Part shown: one piece after another, positions 11,472 to 21,133 of the stretch
Numbering within the stretch: the first letter of the stretch is position 1
Layout: each line of letters starts with the position of its first letter
Source: a bacterium
Lineage (GTDB): Bacteria; Patescibacteriota; Saccharimonadia; Saccharimonadales; SZUA-47
Assembly (NCBI GenBank): GCA_030427125.1
Contig: JAUHXF010000004.1
Coordinates: 1 to 58,389, forward strand
Direction of reading: 5' to 3'
DNA: 58,389 bases
The notes under the pieces: model-generated
Told to the model about the DNA's origin: nothing
Seen by the model: the letters and a program-made list of their open reading frames with translations, nothing else
Databases searched by the model: none
Made by a program: the position numbers and the translations under genes

Positions 11472-11571
11472 CATATCTTTTCAAGCTGTGAGGTGAAGAG
11501 GTTGGAGACTGCTAGCGCAATATTTGTCGATAGCTACAGTCTTTATATAAGTAAAAGGAGACAATCTAACC

Positions 11572-12360
11572 ATGCTTAAGTCCGTATTAACGGGTCTAGT
11601 AGCTGTAGCCGCTTTTTCGGTGGCAAATAGTGCTTCGGCGAGTGCCGCGACACTAGATATACCAACCCCAAACGTCGAGGAATCTGTTACTGTCAAATTA
11701 GCAGCAATCGTTGACGAATCAGCAAACGAAGTCGTAAAACCCAAGAAGACTGAAGAAAAGAAAGAAACTATTCATAAAATTAAAGAGAATGAAACCCTCT
11801 CTGACATTGCCAAAGAATACGATACGACGTGGCAACGTATATACGATAAAAACGAATCGATAGATTCACCAGATATTATTAATCCTGGTGACAAAATTGT
11901 GATTCCAGAACAAGATGAAGAGCTTGAAGCTCGTGAATTACCAGAGCCGCCAGCTCCAGAGCCAGTTGCCCGACAGCAATCTGCTACGCAGACACAAACA
12001 AGGACGGTACAGGCCGCTTCTACATCGGCTCCTGCTACACAACGACGTGGATCATCAGCTGGAAATACCTATTCATACGGGTACTGTACGTGGCATGTAA
12101 AGAATTTGCGCAGTGATTTGCCGAACAACCTAGGAAATGCGAATACATGGGCTGCTCGAGCGCGAGCACAAGGAATGGCAACCGGCTCTACGCCGCGAGT
12201 CGGTGCGGTTGCACAAGCAATAACAGGCTATATGCACGTTGCGTATGTTACTGCAGTGAATGGTGATGGCACCATTACCGTGAGTGAGATGAACTATAAA
12301 GGCTGGGGAGTCGTGAGCTCACGTACTGCACAAGCGAGCGCGTTCACCTACATCTATTAG
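11572..12360 (+). CDS. secreted LysM + CHAP domain peptidoglycan hydrolase
   Basis: Signal peptide; HKIKENETLSDIA...IINPGDKIVIP (LysM); GYCTW, GNA..W, HVAYV, SEMNY (CHAP); AAGGAG RBS. Confidence 0.93.
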   Translation: MLKSVLTGLVAVAAFSVANSASASAATLDIPTPNVEESVTVKLAAIVDESANEVVKPKKTEEKKETIHKIKENETLSDIAKEYDTTWQRIYDKNESIDSPDIINPGDKIVIPEQDEELEARELPEPPAPEPVARQQSATQTQTRTVQAASTSAPATQRRGSSAGNTYSYGYCTWHVKNLRSDLPNNLGNANTWAARARAQGMATGSTPRVGAVAQAITGYMHVAYVTAVNGDGTITVSEMNYKGWGVVSSRTAQASAFTYIY

Positions 12361-12374
12361 TTCCCTAACCGACC

Positions 12375-12418
12375 AAAAGAAGTTCGTGGTCTACTTTGCG
12401 AGAGGCCACGAACTTTTT
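12375..12418. terminator. bidirectional intrinsic terminator
   Basis: AAGTTCGTGGTCT...AGGCCACGAACTT stem with A/T tracts on both sides, between convergent genes. Confidence 0.8.
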
Positions 12419-13412
12419 AATTGGCGTATATCGATCGCATCTGGTCTAGTATAGATTTAGTGTCTTGATAGAATGTTAGTTTTTTCTGGTGGTTCATGGC
12501 TACAGCTATTACTGACTTTGTTCCGTCGTTAACCGGTACATCTGCACTAAAGAGCAGCGTTGAGCCGGCTTCATCGGTGAAACCGGGTTTTAGACCGGTG
12601 ACATGAGGTTCATCGATGAGTACGTTATAGTTCGGCACGGTGCCTGCTATAGGCATTGATGCTTCTTTTTTCCTCGCGATTTCTGCAATGATTGGATTAC
12701 GCAGCGCGAGCTGGCCGACATGTATAAGCTCACTCGGCGTTGAGACGCTGCCCGGCTCGAATCCAGTTGCATCAACGACAGTAGTCTTTGAGAAGCCTTC
12801 ACGCAGGAGATACGCATTGGCTTGCTCAACATACGCGTCAACCGAGCCAAAGTAATGATCAACGAGTGTGTCACTCATATTATTAGACGATGCGAGTAGC
12901 ATTGTCTGTAATATATCGTACTGGCTCATTTGCTCCCCAGCAGTTACATCTGTAATGGTGCCGAGTAGGCTGGCGTATTTCCAATAATAATCTTCGTCTT
13001 TTTGCTCTAGCGTAATCGTGTCTCCCTGCTCTCCTGGTGTTATCGGCGCTTTATCTAACACAACGAGCGCAGTTATTACCTTCGTAATGCTGGCCATAGG
13101 GATAGGCTCTGGCGATTCATTTGTTTTAATCGTTCCTTCATATAATGAGCCCACCGCATAGACGCCTTCTTCGGGAAATTCGACTTGTTGCAGTGGGTGT
13201 GGCTCATCTACGTTTTGAATGTACTCACCGAGTGGTTGGGGGATGATATCTTCTGTCTGAATTGTTGCTACCTGCTCATTTGAATCTGATTGCATAAACA
13301 CGAACAAGCCACCTATGACAGCGAGTACAGCAACTACAAAAAGACGCTTCCTGTGTCGTTTTTTCTCGCGCTTTTTTCGGGCAAAACTATAGTCATTTGT
13401 GTTTCGATACAT
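12417..13412 (-). CDS. D-alanyl-D-alanine carboxypeptidase (peptidase S11)
   Basis: SxxK (ASITK), SxN (SSNN), KPG (KTG-equivalent) motifs; N-terminal TM anchor. Confidence 0.9.
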   Translation of the reverse strand: MYRNTNDYSFARKKREKKRHRKRLFVVAVLAVIGGLFVFMQSDSNEQVATIQTEDIIPQPLGEYIQNVDEPHPLQQVEFPEEGVYAVGSLYEGTIKTNESPEPIPMASITKVITALVVLDKAPITPGEQGDTITLEQKDEDYYWKYASLLGTITDVTAGEQMSQYDILQTMLLASSNNMSDTLVDHYFGSVDAYVEQANAYLLREGFSKTTVVDATGFEPGSVSTPSELIHVGQLALRNPIIAEIARKKEASMPIAGTVPNYNVLIDEPHVTGLKPGFTDEAGSTLLFSADVPVNDGTKSVIAVAMNHQKKLTFYQDTKSILDQMRSIYAN

Positions 13413-13453
13413 TGGTCACTTCAGTATAACAATCACGCGGTGATTATATCGAT

Positions 13454-13720
13454 TCAAAGTCTATTAAATATGATGAAAAACAGGACAATACCGCCCAGTA
13501 TTCTACGAAACAAATTAACACCTAGAAATACTTCTAATAGCGCCCATATGAGGAGTGATATGGTAGCAATCGTCTGCAATGTGTTGTGCATGGATTCAAG
13601 CAACGAAATACGCGCAAGCACCGTTGCGACTAGCCAAACGAGTATTGGGATGTTTGGCTTTTGTCCGTAAACAAAGGTGCCGTCTTTTGTCAGAAATAAT
13701 GTGCGTTTCAATACATTCAT
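13454..13720 (-). CDS. small membrane protein
   Basis: 88 aa, 3 TM, Q.PN.P and WALLE...GVN.FRR.LG pattern. Confidence 0.75.
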   Translation of the reverse strand: MNVLKRTLFLTKDGTFVYGQKPNIPILVWLVATVLARISLLESMHNTLQTIATISLLIWALLEVFLGVNLFRRILGGIVLFFIIFNRL

Positions 13721-13781
13721 AGGAGGTTTCTTCTTTTTATCCTAGTGCATATAATACGGTACATAAGCAAAAGAGGTACAT

Positions 13782-14564
13782 ATGAATTTTGAAAATAAAG
13801 TTATTCTTGTGACTGGCGCTAACAGTGGCATAGGGTTATCGTTAGTTCATCAATTATTAGAGCGTGGAGCAAAGGTGGTCGGTATCGACTTACATTCCGA
13901 TACGCTTAAAGCGATGAGTGAAGAGGCGTTGTCTTTTTACGACTGTGATATTTCGTCGCGGCAGGCTGTTGAGGCTGTCGTCGAAAAGGTGCTTGATGCG
14001 CACCAGCAAATCGATGGTGTTATCAACTGCGCAGGCATTATTCAGCCGTTTGAGAAGGTGCAAGATCTTTCATATGACAAGATTACCCAAGTCATGGATG
14101 TAAATTTCTACGGGACCCTTTACATGACAAAAGCTTGTCTACCGCATCTGCTAGCTCAACAGGAAGCATGTATTGTGAATGTTTCGAGTATGGGCGGAAT
14201 CGTGCCTGTGCCGGGTCAAGGCGTGTATGGTGCGTCGAAGGCCGCGGTCAAGCTCCTCACTGAATCACTTTACGGCGAGCTGATGAATACGAATGTTGCA
14301 GTTACCGCTGTCTTCCCTGGCGCGACTAATACAAATATCACGAAGAACTCAGCAGTAGCGGCACCCCAGGCTGCTGGTGACCAAAAAAGTATGCCGATTA
14401 TGGATCCAGATGATGTTGCCAAGCAAATAATAAAAGGTGCTCAGAAAAAGAAGCTATACGTGCACACCGGAAAAGATTCAAAATCTATGCAGCTCATGTA
14501 TCGTGTGCGCCCAATCTTTGCGGTAAAGTTCATAGCGCGCAAAATGCAGTCACTACTCTCCTGA
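13782..14564 (+). CDS. short-chain dehydrogenase/reductase (SDR)
   Basis: TGANSGIG, INCAG, NVSS, YGASK. Confidence 0.95.
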   Translation: MNFENKVILVTGANSGIGLSLVHQLLERGAKVVGIDLHSDTLKAMSEEALSFYDCDISSRQAVEAVVEKVLDAHQQIDGVINCAGIIQPFEKVQDLSYDKITQVMDVNFYGTLYMTKACLPHLLAQQEACIVNVSSMGGIVPVPGQGVYGASKAAVKLLTESLYGELMNTNVAVTAVFPGATNTNITKNSAVAAPQAAGDQKSMPIMDPDDVAKQIIKGAQKKKLYVHTGKDSKSMQLMYRVRPIFAVKFIARKMQSLLS

Positions 14565-14567
14565 TTT

Positions 14568-14591
14568 GATTACGTAATTGATTATATAATC
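14568..14591. repeat. tandem palindrome site (GATTAYRTAATC x2), copy 1
   Basis: GATTACGTAATT-GATTATATAATC between convergent genes. Confidence 0.7.
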
Positions 14592-14629
14592 TGGTTTTGC
14601 TGCAGCTAGAGATGATGTTCTGGATGCGC

Positions 14630-15856
14630 TCATAGAACATTAAGCCAGCTGGCTATTTGCAGCCCTATCACCACAAGATTCGTAATTATGCCTAGTATCG
14701 GTATGGAACGGCGCAAGTGCGATAGTTCTTTTGTCTTGATGAGTTTTAGCGCGGATATATGGACCATGGTGAACACGATTAGGAGTATAAAGCTAGTTAT
14801 TTGAGCTAAGGTGCCCAGAGGTAATAGCGTTGAGGCAATGGCGATGAGCAAGAGTACAGTGGTTGTTGCAGTGGTTGGTGTATGGGTTCGCGGCGATACT
14901 TGTGCGAACTTTTTTGGTATCCATTTTTCTCTTCCGAGGCCGTATAGAATACGAGATCCAGTTATGATTTGTATGAGTATACCGTTTGTAATGGCAACCA
15001 CTCCAATGATGGTGATGATAGGTATTGAACTGCCTGTTGCGGCTTCAAACACTGCCGCTAACGGCGCACTGCTTTCGGCCAGCTGATTTGATGGTAGCAC
15101 TGATAGTGCACCTACAGCGACGAGAATATAGATGACAGACGCGATTCCGAGAGCCGTTAACATGCCTCGTTTCATGCTTCTCTGTGGATTCTTCACTTCT
15201 TCAGCGACGTTTACCATGTCTTCGAATCAGATAAACGCATAAAACGCTAAAAATCCACCAAGCCCAATGGCGACTGGGCTGATTTCCGTCAATGAAGATA
15301 CTGTTAAATTGATGGCATCAGGGATATTACCGTTGATACCCGCAACTGCAATAATCAGGAGCAAGCCGAATGCTTCTAGGAGGGTGAAAGCGATTGCGAG
15401 CCGTGCTGAATCTTTGATGCCTCGGTACGCAATAATAGCCATACATAGTAATAGCGGCAACGTGAACAAAAAGGCTGGCAAGCGATCGTCTAGGATGCCT
15501 ATTTCGATAAGCAATTCTTGAAAGTAACGATCAAACCCTCGTAATAACGCTGATGACGACACAATGGTCGTGAGGCCGATACTGAGCCCGACAATAGTCG
15601 AGAGAAATGGGTTCTTGAATGCTTTTTCTGTATATACAGCAGCGCCGGCACTTTTTGGATATCGACCCGCCATTATACTGTACGTTATAGCGGTAAGGCT
15701 TGCGACCAACGCGGCGACGAGGAAAGACCACAGTATCGCATCACCAGACTCGGCTGCGACCTCACCAATAAGCACATATATGCCAGCGCCTAATATATTT
15801 CCTAGCCCGTACAGAGCTAGCATTTTCCATGATAGTGTTCGCGTTAGTTTTGCCAT
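14630..15856 (-). pseudogene. APC-family amino acid permease interrupted by one in-frame TGA
   Basis: ILGAGIY (TM1); reading FYAFI*FEDMVNVAEEVKNP where the family has FIGFE; both track ORFs are in the same frame; TGA at 15227-15229. Confidence 0.85.
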
Positions 15857-15918
15857 ATTTTTTGTTTTATATACCTAAAAACACTATAACAAAACTACAA
15901 GAATATTCGAATTAGTTG

Positions 15919-16332
15919 TTACTGCACAAGTGTTGCGCCGAGCGATTGAATGTCGCTCAATCCACCAAGGTCGACGATATTTGTGTAGCCGGCAGTTTCT
16001 AAAATAGCCGTTGCTTCTGCCGATCGGTTGCCGCTACGACAATAGACATAGAGCTTTGTATTTGGGTCGATATCTGGTAGCTGCCCTGCTTGAAGTTGTT
16101 GGAGACTGAATAGTTCTGCAGCTGCTGCATGTCCTGCTGCAAACTCTTCGGGAGTACGTACATCGAGCATAACAGCTTCACCTGAGTTTACTTCCTGTTC
16201 GATGCGACTGAACTCAGTCGCCTGTTCTGTTTGTGCGCTCGCAACATCATTTTGCTGTGCAGGTTCACTCATAAGTAAAAACCCTCCAACCAACACAAAG
16301 ACCCCCATAAGTACTCCTACTGCTATTTTCAC
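15919..16332 (-). CDS. membrane-anchored rhodanese-like domain protein
   Basis: N-terminal TM; LDVRTPEEF..GH; YCRSGNRS. Confidence 0.93.
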   Translation of the reverse strand: MKIAVGVLMGVFVLVGGFLLMSEPAQQNDVASAQTEQATEFSRIEQEVNSGEAVMLDVRTPEEFAAGHAAAAELFSLQQLQAGQLPDIDPNTKLYVYCRSGNRSAEATAILETAGYTNIVDLGGLSDIQSLGATLVQ

Positions 16333-16718
16333 TTCGCTCTCCTTTCATTGCAATGTATGCAAAGACCTTTAATTTCTAATCTGCCATCGACGCCACATCC
16401 TCCAAGCGCTTCTTGCACGATAGGCATTATTTCTTTTGCTATATCAATATCACGTATACCCCGACAGCCGGTACAGATAAAATGATCATGTGGTTCGGTG
16501 TTTGCATCATAGCGAAGGCTCCCGTCTATATCCCGAGGGCCAACACTAATTTGTCCTCGTTCAGCGAGGCGTGTGGTTGCACGGTGAACGGTCGTATCGC
16601 TCACATCAGGATATGACTCGCGCAGTTTTGTCGCGATATCGCTGTTCGTGCCATGACCCAACTCAGCCAATACATCAATAATTGCCTGTGTGTACTTTGT
16701 TTCTCGAACTGCTTGCAT
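16329..16718 (-). CDS. Fur/PerR-family transcriptional regulator
   Basis: VS.TTVHR wHTH, HDHFIC..C, GLC.HC; start at MQAVRE 6 nt after TACAAT. Confidence 0.88.
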   Translation of the reverse strand: MQAVRETKYTQAIIDVLAELGHGTNSDIATKLRESYPDVSDTTVHRATTRLAERGQISVGPRDIDGSLRYDANTEPHDHFICTGCRGIRDIDIAKEIMPIVQEALGGCGVDGRLEIKGLCIHCNERRAK

Positions 16719-16787
16719 ACTACTATTGTAAATCATTTACATTAACGATACAATAGATGCAAGGCTTTATAACAAAAAGGAGTAACG

Positions 16788-17048
16788 ATGAGTAGAATGT
16801 TTATAGATGTACGGGAGCCGTCTGAATATGCACGGGGTCATGTTGAAGGTGCTATAAACGTGCCGCCAGCAGACATTATGAATGGTGCTGCGGCACTGTC
16901 AGATGTCGATAGAGATACTGAACTTGTCCTCTACTGCATGAGCGGTGCACGGTCAAATATGAGCATGCAGTTTCTTCGTCAACTCGGCTTTACGAATCTC
17001 GTGAATGGCATAAACCAAGACCACGTTCGTCAAAAATATTCAGTGTAG
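16788..17048 (+). CDS. cytoplasmic rhodanese-like domain protein
   Basis: IDVREPSEY..GHVEGAINVP; YCMSGARS; AAGGAG RBS. Confidence 0.93.
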   Translation: MSRMFIDVREPSEYARGHVEGAINVPPADIMNGAAALSDVDRDTELVLYCMSGARSNMSMQFLRQLGFTNLVNGINQDHVRQKYSV

Positions 17049-17072
17049 CTAGAAGTACGCTATTATATATTC

Positions 17073-17504
17073 ATGGATAATGAACAAGACACGCGGCAGA
17101 AGATTGTTATTGTCGAGGACAACTTTGCACTTGCGGACATATATAATACTCGGCTCACCGTTATTGGCTACAACTGTCGTATAGCAAACGATGGCGAAGA
17201 AGCGCTGCAAGTCATTGAATACTTCAAGCCTGACCTTGTTCTGCTAGACCTCATGATTCCAAAGATTTCAGGTGGTGATGTACTAAAACAAATGCGCTCC
17301 ACCGAATGGGGTAAGGATATTCGTGTCTACGTTATTTCAAACCTCAACGAAGAACAAGCACCACCAGATTTACGTGAGCTGGGCATCGAAGGCTACACCG
17401 TCAAAGCAAACTTGCATAACGACGACATCGACAATCTTGTCGATAAAATCCTTACCCCGCCAGATCAGGAAGAAAGCATTTCGCTCGAAGAGCCTGCTGT
17501 CTAG
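17073..17504 (+). CDS. single-domain response regulator (receiver)
   Basis: IVED, LLDLMIP..SG, ISN, Y.VK. Confidence 0.92.
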   Translation: MDNEQDTRQKIVIVEDNFALADIYNTRLTVIGYNCRIANDGEEALQVIEYFKPDLVLLDLMIPKISGGDVLKQMRSTEWGKDIRVYVISNLNEEQAPPDLRELGIEGYTVKANLHNDDIDNLVDKILTPPDQEESISLEEPAV

Positions 17505-17540
17505 TTGCGCCCTGTTGCAACCAGGAGTATAGTTCGAATT

Positions 17541-18431
17541 ATGGAAAATCGCAGGGTATATGCGCGTGGTCTGAAGTACGGTGTTTTCTTTGGTTCGATT
17601 ATTCTTGCTCTCATTCTTTCTTTATCTTCGCTTTGGCTCTCTCGAGTTTTTTTCAGTCAGAATACATTAAGCGATATCACGACAACCGCGCTAGCTGAGC
17701 AATCAAGCCGTGATTCTATCGGGCGTGCAGTCAGTGATCGGGTGTTCGAAGATCGACCTGTGCTCAAGCGCGTTGCCGGCCCGAAGCTTTCTAGTTTGAC
17801 CAGTAGCATACTCGGAACAGATATCGCTTCCTCGGTTGTCGATGATTTCGTTGAGCAAGTACGTGTCGCGCTGACGACCAGTCAGGACGAGACGATTGCT
17901 ATTAATCTTTCTGGGATAAAGTCTACCATCGGTCAGGTGCAGTCAGTTGTTGGCACAAGCGAGGACGAGCGTCAGATAGATATCGATGCAATACCAGACG
18001 AGTTTATTATTGTAGAGTCAGACCAATTACCGAATATTTATCAACTTGGTGTCACAGTATTGTGGCTTGGTCCGGTGTGTCTTATCTATGCGCTTGGAGC
18101 TCTCGCGTTCTGGGCATATCGTGGGCGTCGTGCAGCGTTGTGGCTACGCATTAAATACGCCGGCGTCGTTGTCATTATTGCCAGTGTAATTGGCATGCTT
18201 GTTGGACCGCTGATTGAGCCGGTGGTTGTATCTATCGCACGTGTAGCACCCGCGCAAACACTATTGGGTAATCTCTATAATGGACTTGTTGCTCCATTCC
18301 AATCGTATGCAACTGTCCTCTTTGCGCTTGGTGTACTCGTTATTGCTGCTGGTTATCTACTGCCGCTACTACAGAAAGCTCCTGCCCTACCGGTAAAAAC
18401 AAAGAAGCCTCGAACAAAAAAGAAAAAATAA
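17541..18431 (+). CDS. integral membrane protein
   Basis: N-terminal TM, extracytoplasmic region, 3 C-terminal TM, basic tail; AGGAG upstream. Confidence 0.75.
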   Translation: MENRRVYARGLKYGVFFGSIILALILSLSSLWLSRVFFSQNTLSDITTTALAEQSSRDSIGRAVSDRVFEDRPVLKRVAGPKLSSLTSSILGTDIASSVVDDFVEQVRVALTTSQDETIAINLSGIKSTIGQVQSVVGTSEDERQIDIDAIPDEFIIVESDQLPNIYQLGVTVLWLGPVCLIYALGALAFWAYRGRRAALWLRIKYAGVVVIIASVIGMLVGPLIEPVVVSIARVAPAQTLLGNLYNGLVAPFQSYATVLFALGVLVIAAGYLLPLLQKAPALPVKTKKPRTKKKK

Positions 18432-18434
18432 TCG

Positions 18435-19472
18435 CTACTGATAATAATCTCTAATACCTTCTGCACATTTTTCGAGTAATTTATCTAAGACGTCATTATC
18501 GTTCATACCAGGTTTCAAACGCTGCCATTTCTTGAAAGTTTCTAGGCCGGGATGTGGATTCATCTCAAGCAGGCCGAAAGTTCCGTGTTCTGTTGCTATA
18601 TAATCCAATCCAAGAAATATCCCGACGTGTGCACCTGCTTTTTTACTGGCATCGACAGCATGATCGACGACACTAGCAGGAAGCTCATCGTCTATACCGG
18701 CTTTACGTAGCATTCTTCGTTCTGATCGTGAGAGTTTATGCCCGGATGGTAATTCTCCATTGACCGCAATGGGTAGAGCGGTTCCCCCGGCATCAATGTT
18801 TGAACGGATATCTCGTGACGAGAGGAAAAACTTCGAAGCAGGATCTGCTAATGCCGACCAACCATCACCCTGCTCTCTTAGTATGCCGTCATGAAACTTG
18901 CTTCCGAGTGAACGGGCGACGGCACTAGCACCTAGGATGTTTCCTACTGGTGATGTTATAACGCGAATGCTTATTGCCTTGTTAGCTTGTGCTCCCTCGA
19001 AATAGTCTTGCACGCGCCATTTGCGTCGCTTTTCTTCGCTCAACGTGCCAAGGAATTCACTTGCTACTGCTCGTTGTTGTTCTGTTTCGAGAAGGTATTT
19101 GTCGACTCCGCGCTGTACGGATGTTCTTTTCAGTACTATTGGGTCGGCGGTCTCAATCTCCGCATCTTCAGCTGGTCTCGTGCCAATCTGGGTCACGTCT
19201 TCTCGAGTAAGTATGCCTTCTATTGAGCCCTCATCGGCCATTGCTAAGTAGGTGAATCTTGCTGCTGCAATTCCTAGATTGTCAGGTGTTCTTCGCTCAA
19301 ATGTGTAGTCGATATCATATTTTTCGAATACGGCAGCGTTTCGCGCCGCAGTATACTGTGCGCCGACGATGCGTGCTTCCATTTCTTCTATGGAATATGC
19401 ACCCATTCGAGCTAAATTTCTATATAACTCGATTTCACCAGGGGTTTGGGTATCTATAACACAAGCATTCAT
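18435..19472 (-). CDS. ATP-grasp (RimK-like) domain protein
   Basis: VLK, VQDYF, IRV, RSNI..GG, GLDY......LLEMNPHPG. Confidence 0.72.
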   Translation of the reverse strand: MNACVIDTQTPGEIELYRNLARMGAYSIEEMEARIVGAQYTAARNAAVFEKYDIDYTFERRTPDNLGIAAARFTYLAMADEGSIEGILTREDVTQIGTRPAEDAEIETADPIVLKRTSVQRGVDKYLLETEQQRAVASEFLGTLSEEKRRKWRVQDYFEGAQANKAISIRVITSPVGNILGASAVARSLGSKFHDGILREQGDGWSALADPASKFFLSSRDIRSNIDAGGTALPIAVNGELPSGHKLSRSERRMLRKAGIDDELPASVVDHAVDASKKAGAHVGIFLGLDYIATEHGTFGLLEMNPHPGLETFKKWQRLKPGMNDNDVLDKLLEKCAEGIRDYYQ

Positions 19473-19561
19473 AAAACTATATTATATCATGAATTATACA
19501 TAATAGTCAATAGTTAGTAAGGTGTTATCGCTGTAGTTTTGCTAATTAACTTTGCCACCAT

Positions 19562-20494
19562 TCAGAAGGCATATGGGCCGTCAGTATCGTCGTGAGGAGC
19601 ATTGTGCTTTTCTGCCCAAGTTTTAGACATAAAAATTTCTTCAAAATTTGCGCCAGCACCAGCTTGAGCAAACAATGAATCTATTCGGGAGCGGTCTTTC
19701 GTCAACATTGCATGCACAAATGCATCTGATAATTGTCGGCGATTAATGCCGCGCTCTTCCCAAGCCTCTAGGAAGTTGTAGCCTCTGCTCATAAAGGCGT
19801 TCCAGAATCCACGGCTACGCGGGTCATGGGCAAGTTGAGGATTGTGGCGCAACATCTGAGCATCTAAGCAGGCTGAGACAGGTTGTATGCCGAGCTCATC
19901 GACTATATGTCGCTTATATATTTCTGTAAAGAATTCATTAAGAGCTCCCAAATATGGTCTAGCTGCTTCTTGGCCTTCATCTCGACTTTCTGGCGATAGA
20001 TGCACGGCAGTAAAACTTCCGTCGACTGCATCGAATTCGTATGCACGATCAACGAACCCTGCCCTTGTCCATATGGGTGACCCGTCCGGAGCAAACGTAA
20101 TATCTCGAGGAGTCGCTACATGAATCGAGTCGTGCAGCCATGATTGAGTTAATTGATCTTGCAATGTAGTAGTAGGATTGTCTGGGTTTACAGCGAGGTG
20201 CATTGCATTAGATCTGAAATCAAATCCTCTTGTACGTGGGTGATCGAAGAAGCCGCCTTCGCTATCATCAACAAGCTCAATAAAAATCAGCTCTGGCGGT
20301 ATGGGTGTGAAAGGAAGATCTGGAGTTACTTGAGTAGCTTCTTGTGTAAGATCTTCAACTACTGTACACAGTTGGTCTGTCGCCGGTAAATCAGCCGCAG
20401 AAATATGAGCAAGTGCTGGTAGATTCGCCTCTTTTGCTCGCCAATGCAGTGTTTCAGGTGCAGCGGGATATGCTACAGGTACATCTAAGCTCAT
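19562..20494 (-). CDS. zincin-like metallopeptidase domain protein (HDxxH variant)
   Basis: WLHDSIH followed by downstream ALNEFFTE third-ligand-type motif. Confidence 0.5.
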   Translation of the reverse strand: MSLDVPVAYPAAPETLHWRAKEANLPALAHISAADLPATDQLCTVVEDLTQEATQVTPDLPFTPIPPELIFIELVDDSEGGFFDHPRTRGFDFRSNAMHLAVNPDNPTTTLQDQLTQSWLHDSIHVATPRDITFAPDGSPIWTRAGFVDRAYEFDAVDGSFTAVHLSPESRDEGQEAARPYLGALNEFFTEIYKRHIVDELGIQPVSACLDAQMLRHNPQLAHDPRSRGFWNAFMSRGYNFLEAWEERGINRRQLSDAFVHAMLTKDRSRIDSLFAQAGAGANFEEIFMSKTWAEKHNAPHDDTDGPYAF

Positions 20495-20612
20495 TAAACA
20501 TAACTATGACATAAAGTATATAACAATGTCAATATTTTACTCTTTACAAAACAGAGGATCGTGTATCAACTGTACCTGTTTCGAGTACTATAGCGTGACT
20601 TTCTAAGCTAAA

Positions 20613-20792
20613 TTATTCCCAGTCGCGGATGACAATGGTGTTGCCGCGGAGGGTGAGGTTGACCTTTTGTGTTTCGCGCCAACCGAGTTTTTTGACGTAG
20701 CCTTTTGGCAGGGTAATCATGTAGCTGCCGTCTTCGCCGCCGGTTTTCATTATTTTTCGTACGTTTTCTTCGCCTGCTGCCCTATCACCCAT
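20613..20792 (-). CDS. AbrB/MazE/SpoVT-family DNA-binding protein (59 aa)
   Basis: Manual ORF MGDRAAGEENVRKIMKTGGEDGSYMITLPKGYVKKLGWRETQKVNLTLRGNTIVIRDWE*; RKI...G..SY.ITLPK...LGW...KV.....IVI swapped-hairpin pattern; AGGAG RBS; absent from the ORF track. Confidence 0.85.
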   Translation of the reverse strand: MGDRAAGEENVRKIMKTGGEDGSYMITLPKGYVKKLGWRETQKVNLTLRGNTIVIRDWE

Positions 20793-20813
20793 TGTGCCTG
20801 CTCCTAAAGCTTA

Positions 20814-20873
20814 GATTATGTAATCAATTATATAATTTGTACTTTGTGCGACAAAGCAAAAATCGAAAGGGCT
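20814..20873 (+). repeat. tandem palindrome copy 2 plus TACTTTGT-N3-ACAAAG hairpin (left inverted end)
   Basis: GATTATGTAATC-AATTATATAATT then GTACTTTGTGCGACAAAGCA..AATCG...GGGCT; similar to the reverse complement of 24861-24926. Confidence 0.7.
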
Positions 20874-21133
20874 GTTTATACCCTTAGGCCCAGCGGTATT
20901 TTCCTACAAGTGCAAAAGTACCCAAAAACCCCGCATCGGGCGAGAAGAATAACGATTGTCAGGTGCGAACTAACTTACCGTGCCTGCGGAACGCAAGCGG
21001 TCGCAATAGTTTTCTTATTTACTGTATTGCGACTGGTCCTCGGCAATGACTCGGAACTTCCTAGCATTCCCTCCATCGGATTTTCTGTAAAGGCTGAGAA
21101 AGAGTAATTATAGTATTGGAGCATTTTTTATAT

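Noticed and set aside
20844-21107. 87-aa ORF from the track
   Set aside because: No RBS or motif; overlaps the repeat and hairpin region
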